37,627 nt of DNA, taken from IMG/VR virus record IMGVR_UViG_2778261216_000004; one strand, written 5' to 3'. This DNA is from a virus (lineage: Duplodnaviria > Heunggongvirae > Uroviricota > Caudoviricetes). Shown here in pieces: positions 7,942 to 17,695 of this stretch. Under the pieces are notes generated by a model that saw nothing but the letters and a program-made list of their open reading frames with translations, was not told the origin of the DNA and ran no database searches. The translations under genes and the position numbers were made by a program. Every line of letters begins with the position of its first letter. Positions within the stretch are counted from its first letter, which is position 1.

Positions 7942-10785
7942 GTGAGCGGGCGGCACTTCGCAGCGGGAATGCAGACAATGAAGACTCTTGATATCCGGGT
8001 CGCTTTCAGCGCCGTTGACAGGCTGACCCGACCTGCCGAAAACGCACGCCGCCTGATGGGGCAGTTTGGTGACTCCATCCAGCGAACGCAGGGGGCGATC
8101 AAAAATCTCGAGCGTCAGGCGCGATCATTTGAGCGCGCCCGCGACGCTGTCAGTAAAGCGGATGCGGGTATCGTGAAAGCACGACGCCAGCTTAACGCCC
8201 TTAATCAGTTACAACGCACGGGTACAGTGCTCAGCGAAAAACAACAAAAGCTGATGCAGCAGTTAAGCACCCGGCTTGAACGCCTGAATGAATCGCGCAC
8301 ACGGGAAATTCAGAAAATGCGGGAGCTTGGCGGAGAGCTGAAACGCCACGGCATTTCCCTGACAGGCAGCGATAACACCATCCAGCAGGCCATCAGACGC
8401 ACCGAACAGTACAACAACCAGCTTGAACGCGAACGGCAGGCGCTTGCGCGTGTAACGCGGGCGCGTGAGCGGTATTCGCGCGCGCAGGAAACCGCGGGAA
8501 AACTGAAAACAGGTGGTGCGCTGGCAACTGGTGCTGCAGCGGCGGGCGGCTATGCTGCCGGGCGTTTTTTGCAGCCTGCGATCGGGTTCGGCAAAGAGAT
8601 GTCCCGCGTTCAGGCACTGACGCGAATCGACAAAAACAGCCCGCAGTTTAAGGCGCTGCGTGAGCAGGCGTTAAAACTTGGTTCTGAAACACAGTTTACT
8701 GCGAGTGATGCCGCCAGTGGGCAGAGCTTTCTGGCAATGGCTGGTTTTACTCCGCAGGCCATTCAGGCCGCATTGCCCGGTGTTCTTAATATGGCGCTGG
8801 CAGGTGGCGTCGAACTCGGCGAGACGGCTGATATAGGCTCCAATATCCTCACACAGTTCAACCTGACAGCCGATCAAATGGACCGGGTTGGCGATACGCT
8901 GACAGCGGCATTCACCCGGACCAATACTGATTTACGCGCGCTGGGCGAAACCATGAAGTATACCGGTCCGGTTGCCGCAAAACTTGGTATCAGTCTTGAA
9001 GAAGCGGCAGCCATGGCCGGGATGCTTGCCAATAATGGTCTTCGTGGAAGCGATGCTGGTACGGCCATGCGCGCAAGTCTGTCCCGCCTTGCATCACCGC
9101 CAAAAGCTGCGGCTGATGCGCTGAAAGAGCTGGGGGTGTCAGTTGCTGACGCCAGAGGCAAAATGCGCCCGATGGAGGATGTGCTGCTTGATCTCTATAA
9201 GGCGACACAAAAATACGGACAGGTGGACCAGGTTTCCTTCTTCAAGGACATCGCCGGAGAAGAGGCGTTCGTTGGTTTGCAGACGCTTGTTGCGGCGGCT
9301 GGTTCAGGAGAGCTGCAAAAACTGACCAGAGAATTGCAGGGGGCAAGGGGAGAGGCCGATCGCGTTGCAAAAGTAATGGCCGATAATCTTGATGGGGACC
9401 TGAAAAATCTCGACAGCGCATGGGAAGGTCTTCGTATTCGCATCAGTGATCTGGTTGACGGTCCGCTGCGTTCTGTCACGCAGTGGCTCACGCGGGTGCT
9501 TGAAAAAATCACCTCGCTGGCGCAGGCCCATCCGGTACTGACGCGCCAGCTACTGATAGCAGGCGGTGCGTTGCTGGCAATGACTGCAACGGTTGGCTCG
9601 TTGTCGCTGGCTATTGGTGTGCTTGCTGGCCCGCTGGCAAAACTGCGTCTTGGTTTTTCTCTCCTGACCGGATCAATGAATGCTGTCAGGGTCCTGCCAG
9701 CACTATGGGGAATGGTGACGGGTTCCGTTTCTTTGCTGGGAGGTGCTATCGGGGCGCTGTTCAGTCCGGTCGGATTGATTGCTGCTGCGTTTGTGGCTGC
9801 GGCGGTTCTCATCTGGAAATACTGGGAACCCATTAAGGCGTTTTATGCCGGGGTGTTCAACGGGATTATGGAACGGCTGGCTCCGTTGCGCGAAACCTTT
9901 GAACGGTTTGGCCCTGTTTTTGACGCAATCGGAAGCGGGATCAGTCAGGTGTTTAACTGGTTTAAATCGCTGCTGTCACCGATGGAGTCCAGCAAGGAAA
10001 CGCTGGATAAATGTACCAGTGCTGGCGAGATATTCGGTAACGTTCTTGGCGGTGCGTTACAGCTTGTTCTGACACCTGCAAAAATGCTACTGGATACGCT
10101 GGCGTGGATACTTGAAAAACTTGGCGTCCTTCCGGATGAAGCGGAAAGGGCGCGCAAGAAAATCGAAGACGCACAGCGTGCGGCCATTCTTCAGGACAAG
10201 GTTGCCTTGCTTCAGGGGGACCTTGCGAAAATCAATCCGCCGAAGCCTGTGGAAAATGGCAATGGCACCGGGGGTGATAAACCCAAAGACAACAAACCAT
10301 TCACAGACAGCAATACCGGGACGCTACGCAGACTCAGCAAAATTGCTGATAACACAGGTAAGCTGGTTGATGAGACGAAAAAACGTATTGGCCCCGGCGA
10401 TATTGTCTTTAAGAACCTGCCCCGCGCACTTGCCGTTCGTGGGGAGTGGCAGGAGCGGAAGAGTGCGCAGGTCAGTAAGCCTGCTTCCGCAATCAACATC
10501 ACACCCGTGGTCCCGACTCCTCTGCCTCCGGCGCTGGTCCCTGTTGTTGCGGCCAGCTCCCGCCCGGTGGCGGAGGCCATACGATCGCCAGTGGCATCAG
10601 TTCCTGCAACTTCCCGTAACCGGGAGCCTGTTGTCTCCGGATTTGGCGGTGAAATTCATGTTCATCTGCATAACGTTGTTACGCAGAATCCCCGCGAACT
10701 GGCGAAACTGGTCGGTGAAATGGTCAGGGCAGAAATGGAACGGCGCGCCCGTGCCGGGCGTGGCAGTTTTTGCGATAAAGATTGA
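7942..10785 (+). CDS. T: Tail tape-measure protein T
   Basis: 947 aa, coiled-coil N-terminus, Gly/Ala-rich hydrophobic middle, position after E/E'. The exact start is uncertain (alternative ATGs at 7969 and 7978). Confidence 0.85.
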   Translation: MSGRHFAAGMQTMKTLDIRVAFSAVDRLTRPAENARRLMGQFGDSIQRTQGAIKNLERQARSFERARDAVSKADAGIVKARRQLNALNQLQRTGTVLSEKQQKLMQQLSTRLERLNESRTREIQKMRELGGELKRHGISLTGSDNTIQQAIRRTEQYNNQLERERQALARVTRARERYSRAQETAGKLKTGGALATGAAAAGGYAAGRFLQPAIGFGKEMSRVQALTRIDKNSPQFKALREQALKLGSETQFTASDAASGQSFLAMAGFTPQAIQAALPGVLNMALAGGVELGETADIGSNILTQFNLTADQMDRVGDTLTAAFTRTNTDLRALGETMKYTGPVAAKLGISLEEAAAMAGMLANNGLRGSDAGTAMRASLSRLASPPKAAADALKELGVSVADARGKMRPMEDVLLDLYKATQKYGQVDQVSFFKDIAGEEAFVGLQTLVAAAGSGELQKLTRELQGARGEADRVAKVMADNLDGDLKNLDSAWEGLRIRISDLVDGPLRSVTQWLTRVLEKITSLAQAHPVLTRQLLIAGGALLAMTATVGSLSLAIGVLAGPLAKLRLGFSLLTGSMNAVRVLPALWGMVTGSVSLLGGAIGALFSPVGLIAAAFVAAAVLIWKYWEPIKAFYAGVFNGIMERLAPLRETFERFGPVFDAIGSGISQVFNWFKSLLSPMESSKETLDKCTSAGEIFGNVLGGALQLVLTPAKMLLDTLAWILEKLGVLPDEAERARKKIEDAQRAAILQDKVALLQGDLAKINPPKPVENGNGTGGDKPKDNKPFTDSNTGTLRRLSKIADNTGKLVDETKKRIGPGDIVFKNLPRALAVRGEWQERKSAQVSKPASAINITPVVPTPLPPALVPVVAASSRPVAEAIRSPVASVPATSRNREPVVSGFGGEIHVHLHNVVTQNPRELAKLVGEMVRAEMERRARAGRGSFCDKD

Positions 10786-10791
10786 GGAGTC

Positions 10792-11286
10792 ATGGCCATG
10801 ATGATGATCTACGGCATGTTTGTTTTTGAGCTGCGCACATTGCCGCATCAGCAGTTACAGCAAAACAAAAGCTGGCGGCATGTGAAAAATGAACGCGTTA
10901 ACCGTTCAGCAAGCTGGCAGTATATCGGTGCAGGTGATGATCGCATTGTGCTTTCCGGCGTGCTTTATCCTGAAATTACAGGTGGCGAAGTGTCGCTTTC
11001 GTTGCTGACCACGCAGGCATATACAGGACGCCCCTGGCCTCTGATTGATGGTGTCGGGCAGATTTACGGCATGTATGTACTGACTGAAACGAATACGACC
11101 CGTTCCGAGTTTGATCGCTACGGTAAGGCGAAAAAGATAGAATTTTCACTGACTCTTGAACGCTGTGATGAGGATTTGCGGGAGCGCCTGCAATCCTCAT
11201 CGTTCAGCGATATGTTGTCCGGCTTCAAAGATAAGGTGACATCATCCCTTAATAGCGCGGCCAGCTCAGTTAAGGGGCTGCTCTGA
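10792..11286 (+). CDS. U: Tail protein U
   Basis: Matches P2 gpU (MMMVLGLFVF...WQYIG.GDD...LSGVLYPE). Confidence 0.85.
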   Translation: MAMMMIYGMFVFELRTLPHQQLQQNKSWRHVKNERVNRSASWQYIGAGDDRIVLSGVLYPEITGGEVSLSLLTTQAYTGRPWPLIDGVGQIYGMYVLTETNTTRSEFDRYGKAKKIEFSLTLERCDEDLRERLQSSSFSDMLSGFKDKVTSSLNSAASSVKGLL

Positions 11287-11442
11287 TTTAACGTATGTCG
11301 CCAATTTCCTGATGAAGGTGACTGGCGACTTGCTGTTGTATGTCCTTCTCAGAAAATTGTTTTTGAATAACAAATAACAGGATTTTATAATCTCTTAACC
11401 TTATAACATGTGTGGTCTGAAATAATAATTAAGGAGATTATC

Positions 11443-12015
11443 GTGCTGTCTTACTTAATGGCAATTCACTTTGTTTTATTTGGGGACTCTACTAATTTAA
11501 AAAACTTCTGGAAATATGAAGTAATTCGGCGGAAACGTATGGATATCTGGAGGCTTTTAAGAGAGAAAAAACAGCGTAACCGGAATTTCCTTTTCTGGTG
11601 GCGGTTGGCTAACGAAATGTATATTAATGGTAATAAATTACATAAGAAAGCAGCCAAAAAGTTAAACAGTAAAATAATTAACAAATTTGGTTGTGAAATT
11701 GGATTGGGCGCAAATATTGGAAAAGGGTTAACAATTCCCCATCATGCTGGAATTGTTGTTCATTTTGCTGTTGATGCTGGTGAAAATCTGGTGTTACGAC
11801 AGAATACTACCATTGGACAGATAGATGGTGACATGCCTGGTTCAAGAGTAAAAATTGGTAGTAACGTTGATATCGGAGCTAATTGTTGCATCATTGGATT
11901 ATCACGTAAAATTGGGGATAATGTAAAAATAGGTGCAATGTCTTTTATAAATAAAGATATACCATCGAACTGCACATATATAACTAAAAAGAGCGGTGTT
12001 GTATTGTATAAATAG
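11443..12015 (+). CDS. Hexapeptide-repeat (left-handed beta-helix) acyltransferase, accessory gene
   Basis: Repeats of the IG.N..IG type resembling WcaB/CysE-like acetyltransferases. GTG start with an AAGGAG ribosome-binding site. Visibly AT-rich. Sits at the position of P2 Z/fun. Confidence 0.7.
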   Translation: MLSYLMAIHFVLFGDSTNLKNFWKYEVIRRKRMDIWRLLREKKQRNRNFLFWWRLANEMYINGNKLHKKAAKKLNSKIINKFGCEIGLGANIGKGLTIPHHAGIVVHFAVDAGENLVLRQNTTIGQIDGDMPGSRVKIGSNVDIGANCCIIGLSRKIGDNVKIGAMSFINKDIPSNCTYITKKSGVVLYK

Positions 12016-12022
12016 AGTACAT

Positions 12023-12058
12023 AAAGCCATCTATATTTCAATCGATGGCTTTTTCTCT
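12023..12058 (+). terminator. Hairpin terminator between the convergent acyltransferase and tfa genes
   Basis: AAAGCCATC-(12 nt loop)-GATGGCTTT followed by TTTCTCTTT. Confidence 0.5.
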
Positions 12059-12637
12059 TTATTGTGGGGCGACTGGCCACTCAACATCCGCTGCTACCGC
12101 TGTATTAACACGATTCAACAATACCCGGTATGTCTTCCATGCAGCCAGTAACGATGCCTCTTCCTCCGTTGCAATATCCAAATCTACGGCATCCTGAAGT
12201 GGCGCAATATGCTCGCTGGCTACCTGCATCAGGCTGTTTTTTGTTTCTTCCGCCTCCCTTATCCGAAACAGTTTTTCTGCTTCTGCATCTTTCACCCAGG
12301 ATGTGCCGTTCCACTTCTGATACTCTCCATACGGCGACAACCAGGTAACATTTTCCGGTAATGGACCGAGTTCAGAAATAAATAACGAGTCCCCTGATGC
12401 CACGTCATAAACCGTTTTACCCCGATGGTCTTCAACGAGATGCCACGATGCCTCATCACTGTTGAAAACGGCCACGAAGCCAGCCGGAATATCTGGCGGG
12501 GCAATATCGGTACTGTTTGCAGGCAGACCTGTATGAGGCGGAATGTATGCGTCACCTTCACCAATAAATTCATTAGTTCCGGCCAGCAGATTATAAATTT
12601 TTATGGTCCGTGGTTGTTCACTCATTCTGAAATCCAT
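12059..12637 (-). CDS. G: Tail fibre assembly protein (G-like chaperone)
   Basis: Tfa-like N-terminus ([24 protein letters not shown]). Start set at an internal ATG 3 codons into the ORF. Confidence 0.8.
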   Translation of the reverse strand: MDFRMSEQPRTIKIYNLLAGTNEFIGEGDAYIPPHTGLPANSTDIAPPDIPAGFVAVFNSDEASWHLVEDHRGKTVYDVASGDSLFISELGPLPENVTWLSPYGEYQKWNGTSWVKDAEAEKLFRIREAEETKNSLMQVASEHIAPLQDAVDLDIATEEEASLLAAWKTYRVLLNRVNTAVAADVEWPVAPQ

Positions 12638-12645
12638 GTTCACCT

Positions 12646-13548
12646 CTACTTAATATCAGAGACAGAATATTGTTTATTGAGCGTATGGGTGTGAGCACCA
12701 ATAACGATGCTACTTCTGTGGCTATGTGCGCCAGAGGTGACATTACCTACGGGATTTTCTGGATTAATCCGGTGTATATGCGAATCAGGGCGAAACCGGT
12801 TATTAGCCTGATGTTGTATCAGTACATCATCAGCCTGATGTTCAGGGTTAATACAGACCTGCCCGGAACGTGAGCAATACGTCCGATAATCGCCGCATCC
12901 AATATATTTAGCATCCGCATAACGGCAAACAGAATTACCCGGACAGTATGCATATGTGCCAAATACTGCCGACTGGCGGGATTGTGCGTATTCCCAGTTA
13001 ATTGATTCTGTTTTTTTATTAAAGTTATCCCAGGCCTGCTTCATCTGGCGGGCAACACTTTCAAACGGTACCTGACCACATCCAGCCCCCATCGCAGGGA
13101 ATACCACCGTCTTTATTTTCCTGTCTGTCGTTGCGTTTTTATTGTGCTGAAAGATGGCAAGCAGAGCGGCCCAGGTTGCGTTATATACAGCGTCTGTTCC
13201 GTCAATTGTCAGCGGAACACGCATTGTTGGCGCATGTACCAGCCAGGGGTGATGATTATGCCCCGTTTCAATAACAAACGCAGATCCTACAGGCTGCTCG
13301 CCTAGATATTCACGAAGAATATGATTCTGAACGCGGGACTGTAACTGAGTACCGAAGAATGCGGTAATGGCGGCATCAACACCGCCATCCATCAGGCCGA
13401 AACTATTTGCCGCACTTACCATACAGTCAAATTCTCTGATTGTTTCAAATGGCTTTCCGACAATATTCACATTATCTGCGTTTGCAAATACCCGCTTAAA
13501 TGCTTCAGCCATTTCTGTTACTGGTGCAGAAAGAATGAGCGTAATCAT
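12646..13548 (-). CDS. Macro-domain protein with a Cys-rich, His-x-His C-terminal tail
   Basis: [19 protein letters not shown] and [10 protein letters not shown] fit the macrodomain NAAN...GGGV.GAI signature. Its ATG overlaps the H stop (ATGA) and has a GAGG ribosome-binding site. C-terminal [18 protein letters not shown] resembles the H tip repeats. Confidence 0.7.
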   Translation of the reverse strand: MITLILSAPVTEMAEAFKRVFANADNVNIVGKPFETIREFDCMVSAANSFGLMDGGVDAAITAFFGTQLQSRVQNHILREYLGEQPVGSAFVIETGHNHHPWLVHAPTMRVPLTIDGTDAVYNATWAALLAIFQHNKNATTDRKIKTVVFPAMGAGCGQVPFESVARQMKQAWDNFNKKTESINWEYAQSRQSAVFGTYAYCPGNSVCRYADAKYIGCGDYRTYCSRSGQVCINPEHQADDVLIQHQANNRFRPDSHIHRINPENPVGNVTSGAHSHRSSIVIGAHTHTLNKQYSVSDIK

Positions 13549-15341
13549 GCAAGCCTCACAATATAGTTAAATGCGATGTTTTTGACGGTGTTTTCCGCGT
13601 TACCAGCAGCGTTAACGGTGATGGTGTGTCCATGTGAGCCAATCGCAACCGAGTGCGTGTGTGCACCAATACCGACAGTGTGCTGATGAGAACCAATACC
13701 TACAGTATGAGAATGTGAGCCAGAGGAACCTGTTGTTGCTGATGTATATTGAGTTGCCAGACGCCCAGATGTCAGTGGAATTTTCCCCCCCTGGTTTGCA
13801 CCATCTGATGTTGGTATTGAATGCGTGTGACTCCCGGCGTTACTGGTAGTTTTGGTCCCATAGTCAAATAGTGAGGTTGTTTTCGTCCCGTAATCAAACG
13901 ACGATGTGGTTTTCGTACCCAAATCCGTACTGGATACGCTGGCGCTGTGGGTGTGCGATTTAATGCCGTCCTGTTCCTGAGACAATACGGCACGACCACT
14001 GGCGGGCTTGCCCTTAATCGTCCAGCCACGCATATCAGGGATCACGCCTGACGGATAAGCGGCTGCAAGTTTCGGGTATGCAGATTTGTCAAAAGTCTGC
14101 CCCACCATGATAGCGTAACCGTCAGGCGGCGTATCTGACGGCCACGGCAGAGGTATTCCCGGTGGTAATGCTTCAATTCCCTTTGTGCCATCAAAAGCAA
14201 CACCACTGATGGGGTGTGCTGTTTCCAGTTTACTTGCAGATACTGCGTTACCTGTTGCGGATAATGCGCCAATATCCTGCACTGTGGGCTTGTTTTTATC
14301 CGTGTAAGTGCGGTACCAGATGGTTTTTTTTCCCTTGTCCAGTATCACCCCGGTAAATTGCGCCCGGTGTTCTTTTGTGGTCGGATCTGAATCTTCCAGC
14401 CCTGTGGTGATCCTGACTATTCCGCCGATGATTTCGCCAAACACTTCAATCAGGCAGCCGCCCAGGCCGATATCACCGTACCCCGTGTCAGTAAGCACGC
14501 AGTGCTGTGACAGCGAAATATTAGCCCTGAATATCCAGCTCCCTGTTCTGAAGGCGCCACGCTCATTCAGCCACTCCACGAATTGTTCCGTTGTCCAGCG
14601 TTGTCCTGCTTTACCTATGTACCCGTTTTTTGCATAAACGCGTGGTGTGCCCACGTTGATCAGGAACAGCTCCTTGTTGGGGATGTCCTCACCATTGCGG
14701 TTTTTCGCAAGCCGACCATCAGCGTTGTCCATGGCGATCTTTATGGCCTTTGGCGTGGCTGCCCGGGTCTCTGATGTACTGGTGGTGTCGCTGCTTAACT
14801 GAGTAAAACCTTTTGTGGTCAGCGAGGCATCCGGGTGACGTCGTGACTGTTCATGCTCTTTCAGTTTGTCATCCACGTAATCCACTGTGGCCATCACCAT
14901 GGTGTTATCCACGGTAAGCGCCACGGTGGCAGTGCTGGATACGGTCAGAATGGTGCGAAATGTTTGTGCACGTCCGGACCCTTCGGCAACGGTTGGTTTG
15001 TAACTTTCGGCAGTATTGCCCACCGCGATTAAATCGCCGTGCTCATCAAACACACCAATTTCCCGGATCCAGAATCCGCCCGTTTCAGGAGGAATAACCA
15101 GCTCCGCAATAATGCGGTTCTGATGTGTTGCGTCCAGGATGACGCGATTAACAGTGTGTCGCCACACCTCATGCACCAGACGGATCTGCTTACTGTCTGG
15201 TGTGGGCAACGTGCCGCCACCGTCGCCCACGGCCATATGAGTCAGGCGGACAGGCTTACCATCTGGCGCGGCTGCCTGAGCTAATTTTTTTGCACCCGTA
15301 TCGGTGATAACGGTTTTAAATTTTCGTGTTGTGGTACTCAT
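13545..15341 (-). CDS. H: Tail fibre protein H
   Basis: N-terminal 150 aa match P2 gpH ([26 protein letters not shown]); C-terminus has His-x-His repeats and ends [15 protein letters not shown]. Confidence 0.85.
   Translation of the reverse strand: MSTTTRKFKTVITDTGAKKLAQAAAPDGKPVRLTHMAVGDGGGTLPTPDSKQIRLVHEVWRHTVNRVILDATHQNRIIAELVIPPETGGFWIREIGVFDEHGDLIAVGNTAESYKPTVAEGSGRAQTFRTILTVSSTATVALTVDNTMVMATVDYVDDKLKEHEQSRRHPDASLTTKGFTQLSSDTTSTSETRAATPKAIKIAMDNADGRLAKNRNGEDIPNKELFLINVGTPRVYAKNGYIGKAGQRWTTEQFVEWLNERGAFRTGSWIFRANISLSQHCVLTDTGYGDIGLGGCLIEVFGEIIGGIVRITTGLEDSDPTTKEHRAQFTGVILDKGKKTIWYRTYTDKNKPTVQDIGALSATGNAVSASKLETAHPISGVAFDGTKGIEALPPGIPLPWPSDTPPDGYAIMVGQTFDKSAYPKLAAAYPSGVIPDMRGWTIKGKPASGRAVLSQEQDGIKSHTHSASVSSTDLGTKTTSSFDYGTKTTSLFDYGTKTTSNAGSHTHSIPTSDGANQGGKIPLTSGRLATQYTSATTGSSGSHSHTVGIGSHQHTVGIGAHTHSVAIGSHGHTITVNAAGNAENTVKNIAFNYIVRLA
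13845..13935 (-). repeat. Three imperfect 30-bp tandem repeats inside H (encoding DYGTKTTS(S/L)F)
   Basis: Protein-level repeat [28 protein letters not shown] and the corresponding DNA periodicity. Confidence 0.5.
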
Positions 15342-15343
15342 GC

Positions 15344-15874
15344 TTAATCGCCTGGATAAATGGTAATAACTTCACCGTCATAAGTTGCCGCCGCTGCGAA
15401 AATATCCCCCGGAATTTCCTGAATGATATTCAGCCCTGTCATGTGGCGGCTGACCGGACGGGCATCAGCAATCAACCGCTCCATTTCCAGATACATTTCC
15501 TCCGTCACGCCACTGTCCAGTGTGCCGACTTCAACGGTAAATGTTCCCGGTTCTCCGCCGAACTCCCACCACTCAGACACGCGAATGAGGTATCCCAGCG
15601 GTTCAATGGCCCTGCGCAGTGCGCTGATGGTCCCTTTGTGTCGGTGTATCAGCCATGCATCACGAATAACCTGTCGCTTTGTCTCTTCCGGCCAGTTGCG
15701 ATCCCAGCGGTCAACGGAAAATGCCCAGGCGAGATAAGGCAGCAGATGCACCGGGCAGGTGTCCGGCGACCACAGCGTGTTGAGGTCTACCGGGATGTCT
15801 GTAATGCGCGCTCCGACAGCTTCGGCACAACGCATGAAATTGCTGGCTGATGGCGGTAACAGTGAATTACTCAT
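15344..15874 (-). CDS. I: Baseplate protein I
   Basis: Matches P2 gpI ([28 protein letters not shown]). Start set at the internal ATG overlapping the J stop. Confidence 0.85.
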   Translation of the reverse strand: MSNSLLPPSASNFMRCAEAVGARITDIPVDLNTLWSPDTCPVHLLPYLAWAFSVDRWDRNWPEETKRQVIRDAWLIHRHKGTISALRRAIEPLGYLIRVSEWWEFGGEPGTFTVEVGTLDSGVTEEMYLEMERLIADARPVSRHMTGLNIIQEIPGDIFAAAATYDGEVITIYPGD

Positions 15875-16763
15875 TACGCCCACCTTCGCTGATGGTGAAT
15901 GACTCACAGCGCGCCGCCTGTATGTCGCTGATGGCCATATTCTGTGTAGGTTCGATTATCTCCACGCGTTGCACACCGTGCACATGCAGTGCGGCAGCAA
16001 TGGCGGACAACGCCACGTCCTGACCGATAAGCCCCTGCTCAGCCAGCCACTTCCTGAACGACGATTCAGCCGCAGCCAGAATAGGTTCGGATTCCGGACC
16101 GGGGTAAAAGTACAGTTTTGCATTCAGCCGCCATGTCACGATGCTGGCGCTCTGTACGGTCAGGCGGTCGGCCACCGGGCGGGTATCCTCTGCATTCAGA
16201 ACGGCGCGAACGGTATTAAGCAACGCCTCCGTTGCTGTGCCGTCGCCTTTAGTGGACAGAATGGAAACCGTCACATTTGCCGGAGACGGACTGATAGCCC
16301 GCGCATCACGCACCAGACCGCTGGCGCTGCGGGCAAAATACTCGTATGCACCTGACGGGCCAGCAACACTCAGGCCGTCGTACGCCCGCTGCGCCCGCAG
16401 TCTCAGCGAGGTGTCGCTCTCCATCACCGCGTCGGTGGTATCCGTTGCCGGAGTGATAACCAGGCGCTTTGTGTTCATATTGCCCGCGAGGTTGTCCAGG
16501 TCTGTCCCGGCGCTGTGGCTTAACATGCAGGCGCGTGCACCCTCATTGACCCGCTGGCGTAACAGCATTTCACGAAACGCTGTTGTCTGGGCGATAACGT
16601 TCAGTGGTTCCGATTCCAGCTCCAGCGCGGCGGAGACGGCTTCACGCTGTTCGGCGGGATAAGCCGCAATCATCATGGCCTTTGTGTCAGCCAGAATTGC
16701 TTCAAAGTCAGGCTCCGCGATGATGGCGGGTTCCGGTAACTGGGAAAGGTCAACGGCGGGCAT
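15867..16763 (-). CDS. J: Baseplate assembly protein J
   Basis: 298 aa, P2 gpJ-like, in the conserved W-J-I order. Confidence 0.9.
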   Translation of the reverse strand: MPAVDLSQLPEPAIIAEPDFEAILADTKAMMIAAYPAEQREAVSAALELESEPLNVIAQTTAFREMLLRQRVNEGARACMLSHSAGTDLDNLAGNMNTKRLVITPATDTTDAVMESDTSLRLRAQRAYDGLSVAGPSGAYEYFARSASGLVRDARAISPSPANVTVSILSTKGDGTATEALLNTVRAVLNAEDTRPVADRLTVQSASIVTWRLNAKLYFYPGPESEPILAAAESSFRKWLAEQGLIGQDVALSAIAAALHVHGVQRVEIIEPTQNMAISDIQAARCESFTISEGGRNE

Positions 16764-16766
16764 GAT

Positions 16767-17117
16767 TTACTCCCTCAGCGTGATGGTTAACTCAACATTC
16801 TGCATGGTCTGCATGACAGTGCCCGACAGCGTCACCCCGGCGCGGCCTCCCGCTTTCCAGACAACGTCGATGGCATCCAGGGCAATGCGGGGTTCCCATC
16901 GTGTCAGCGCAATCACGGCAGCACTCATGCATTGCAGACGCGTGGTGTTATTCATGGGTTCGTCAATCAAATCAGGCACAAGGCTGCCATATTCCCGTCG
17001 CATAACCCGGCTGGCCAGCGGGGTGGTCAGGATGTCCCTGACTGACTGTTTCAGGTGCTCCATATCGTTCAGGTTTCCCGTTCCGTCCGGGTTCATTCCT
17101 GTGTAGCGGGTTGTCAC
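16767..17117 (-). CDS. W: Baseplate wedge protein W (gp25-like)
   Basis: 116 aa, GPW/gp25 family features, conserved position. Confidence 0.85.
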   Translation of the reverse strand: MTTRYTGMNPDGTGNLNDMEHLKQSVRDILTTPLASRVMRREYGSLVPDLIDEPMNNTTRLQCMSAAVIALTRWEPRIALDAIDVVWKAGGRAGVTLSGTVMQTMQNVELTITLRE

Positions 17118-17695
17118 TGCGGGCCTCCTGTCGAATCGCTGCCACCTTTAACGCCACCGTGCTTATGCGTATGCACTGTGATGCCGTTTGAGGTGAAATC
17201 GCCGCCGCTGTGCGTGATATTGCCGCTCATCTTTCCCCCTTTTGTGACGTCAAGCGTCGCTGTTCTCAGAAGGTCTGTGCATTCCACGACGGGCGTATCC
17301 AGTGTCACGCTGACGGATGCCTGCAGGGTGGCTGTTTTCATGCCGCTGGCGCTCAGTGCGCCAGCGTCTGCGTCGTAGCGGAACACCGCGCCATCCGGCG
17401 CGCTGACCACGATTTCTTTCAGGCTTTTGCCGGGGGCCGGACTGGCATCACTCCACAGGCTGCCAATTATCATGGCGGTTTCCGGGTTGCCGCCAATGCA
17501 GGCAATTACCACCTGTTCGCCCACTGATGGCGGCAGCCACACATTGAAGGCCCCCGCGCGCGTGGTGTTCCAGCGCAACCAGCCTGTTTCCAGTTCGCCG
17601 CTGCGAACGCGCACGCGCCAGGACTTCTCATCAACTTCAGAGATGATCCCGGTGCGGATGATATTGCTCAGCAGTCGCATGAGTTCTGCGCTCAC
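17114..17695 (-). CDS. V: Baseplate spike protein V
   Basis: 193 aa, P2 gpV-like, conserved position. Confidence 0.85.
   Translation of the reverse strand: MSAELMRLLSNIIRTGIISEVDEKSWRVRVRSGELETGWLRWNTTRAGAFNVWLPPSVGEQVVIACIGGNPETAMIIGSLWSDASPAPGKSLKEIVVSAPDGAVFRYDADAGALSASGMKTATLQASVSVTLDTPVVECTDLLRTATLDVTKGGKMSGNITHSGGDFTSNGITVHTHKHGGVKGGSDSTGGPQ

Noticed and set aside
9195-9833. 212-aa minus-strand ORF inside tape-measure gene T
   Set aside because: Antisense to the Ala/Gly-rich tape-measure coding region; typical GC-rich antisense artefact.
12059-15341. Invertible tail fibre segment (shufflon-type host-range switch)
   Set aside because: No invertase gene and no inverted-orientation alternative fibre ends; the H-like HxH segment in the macro-domain gene is in the same orientation as H.
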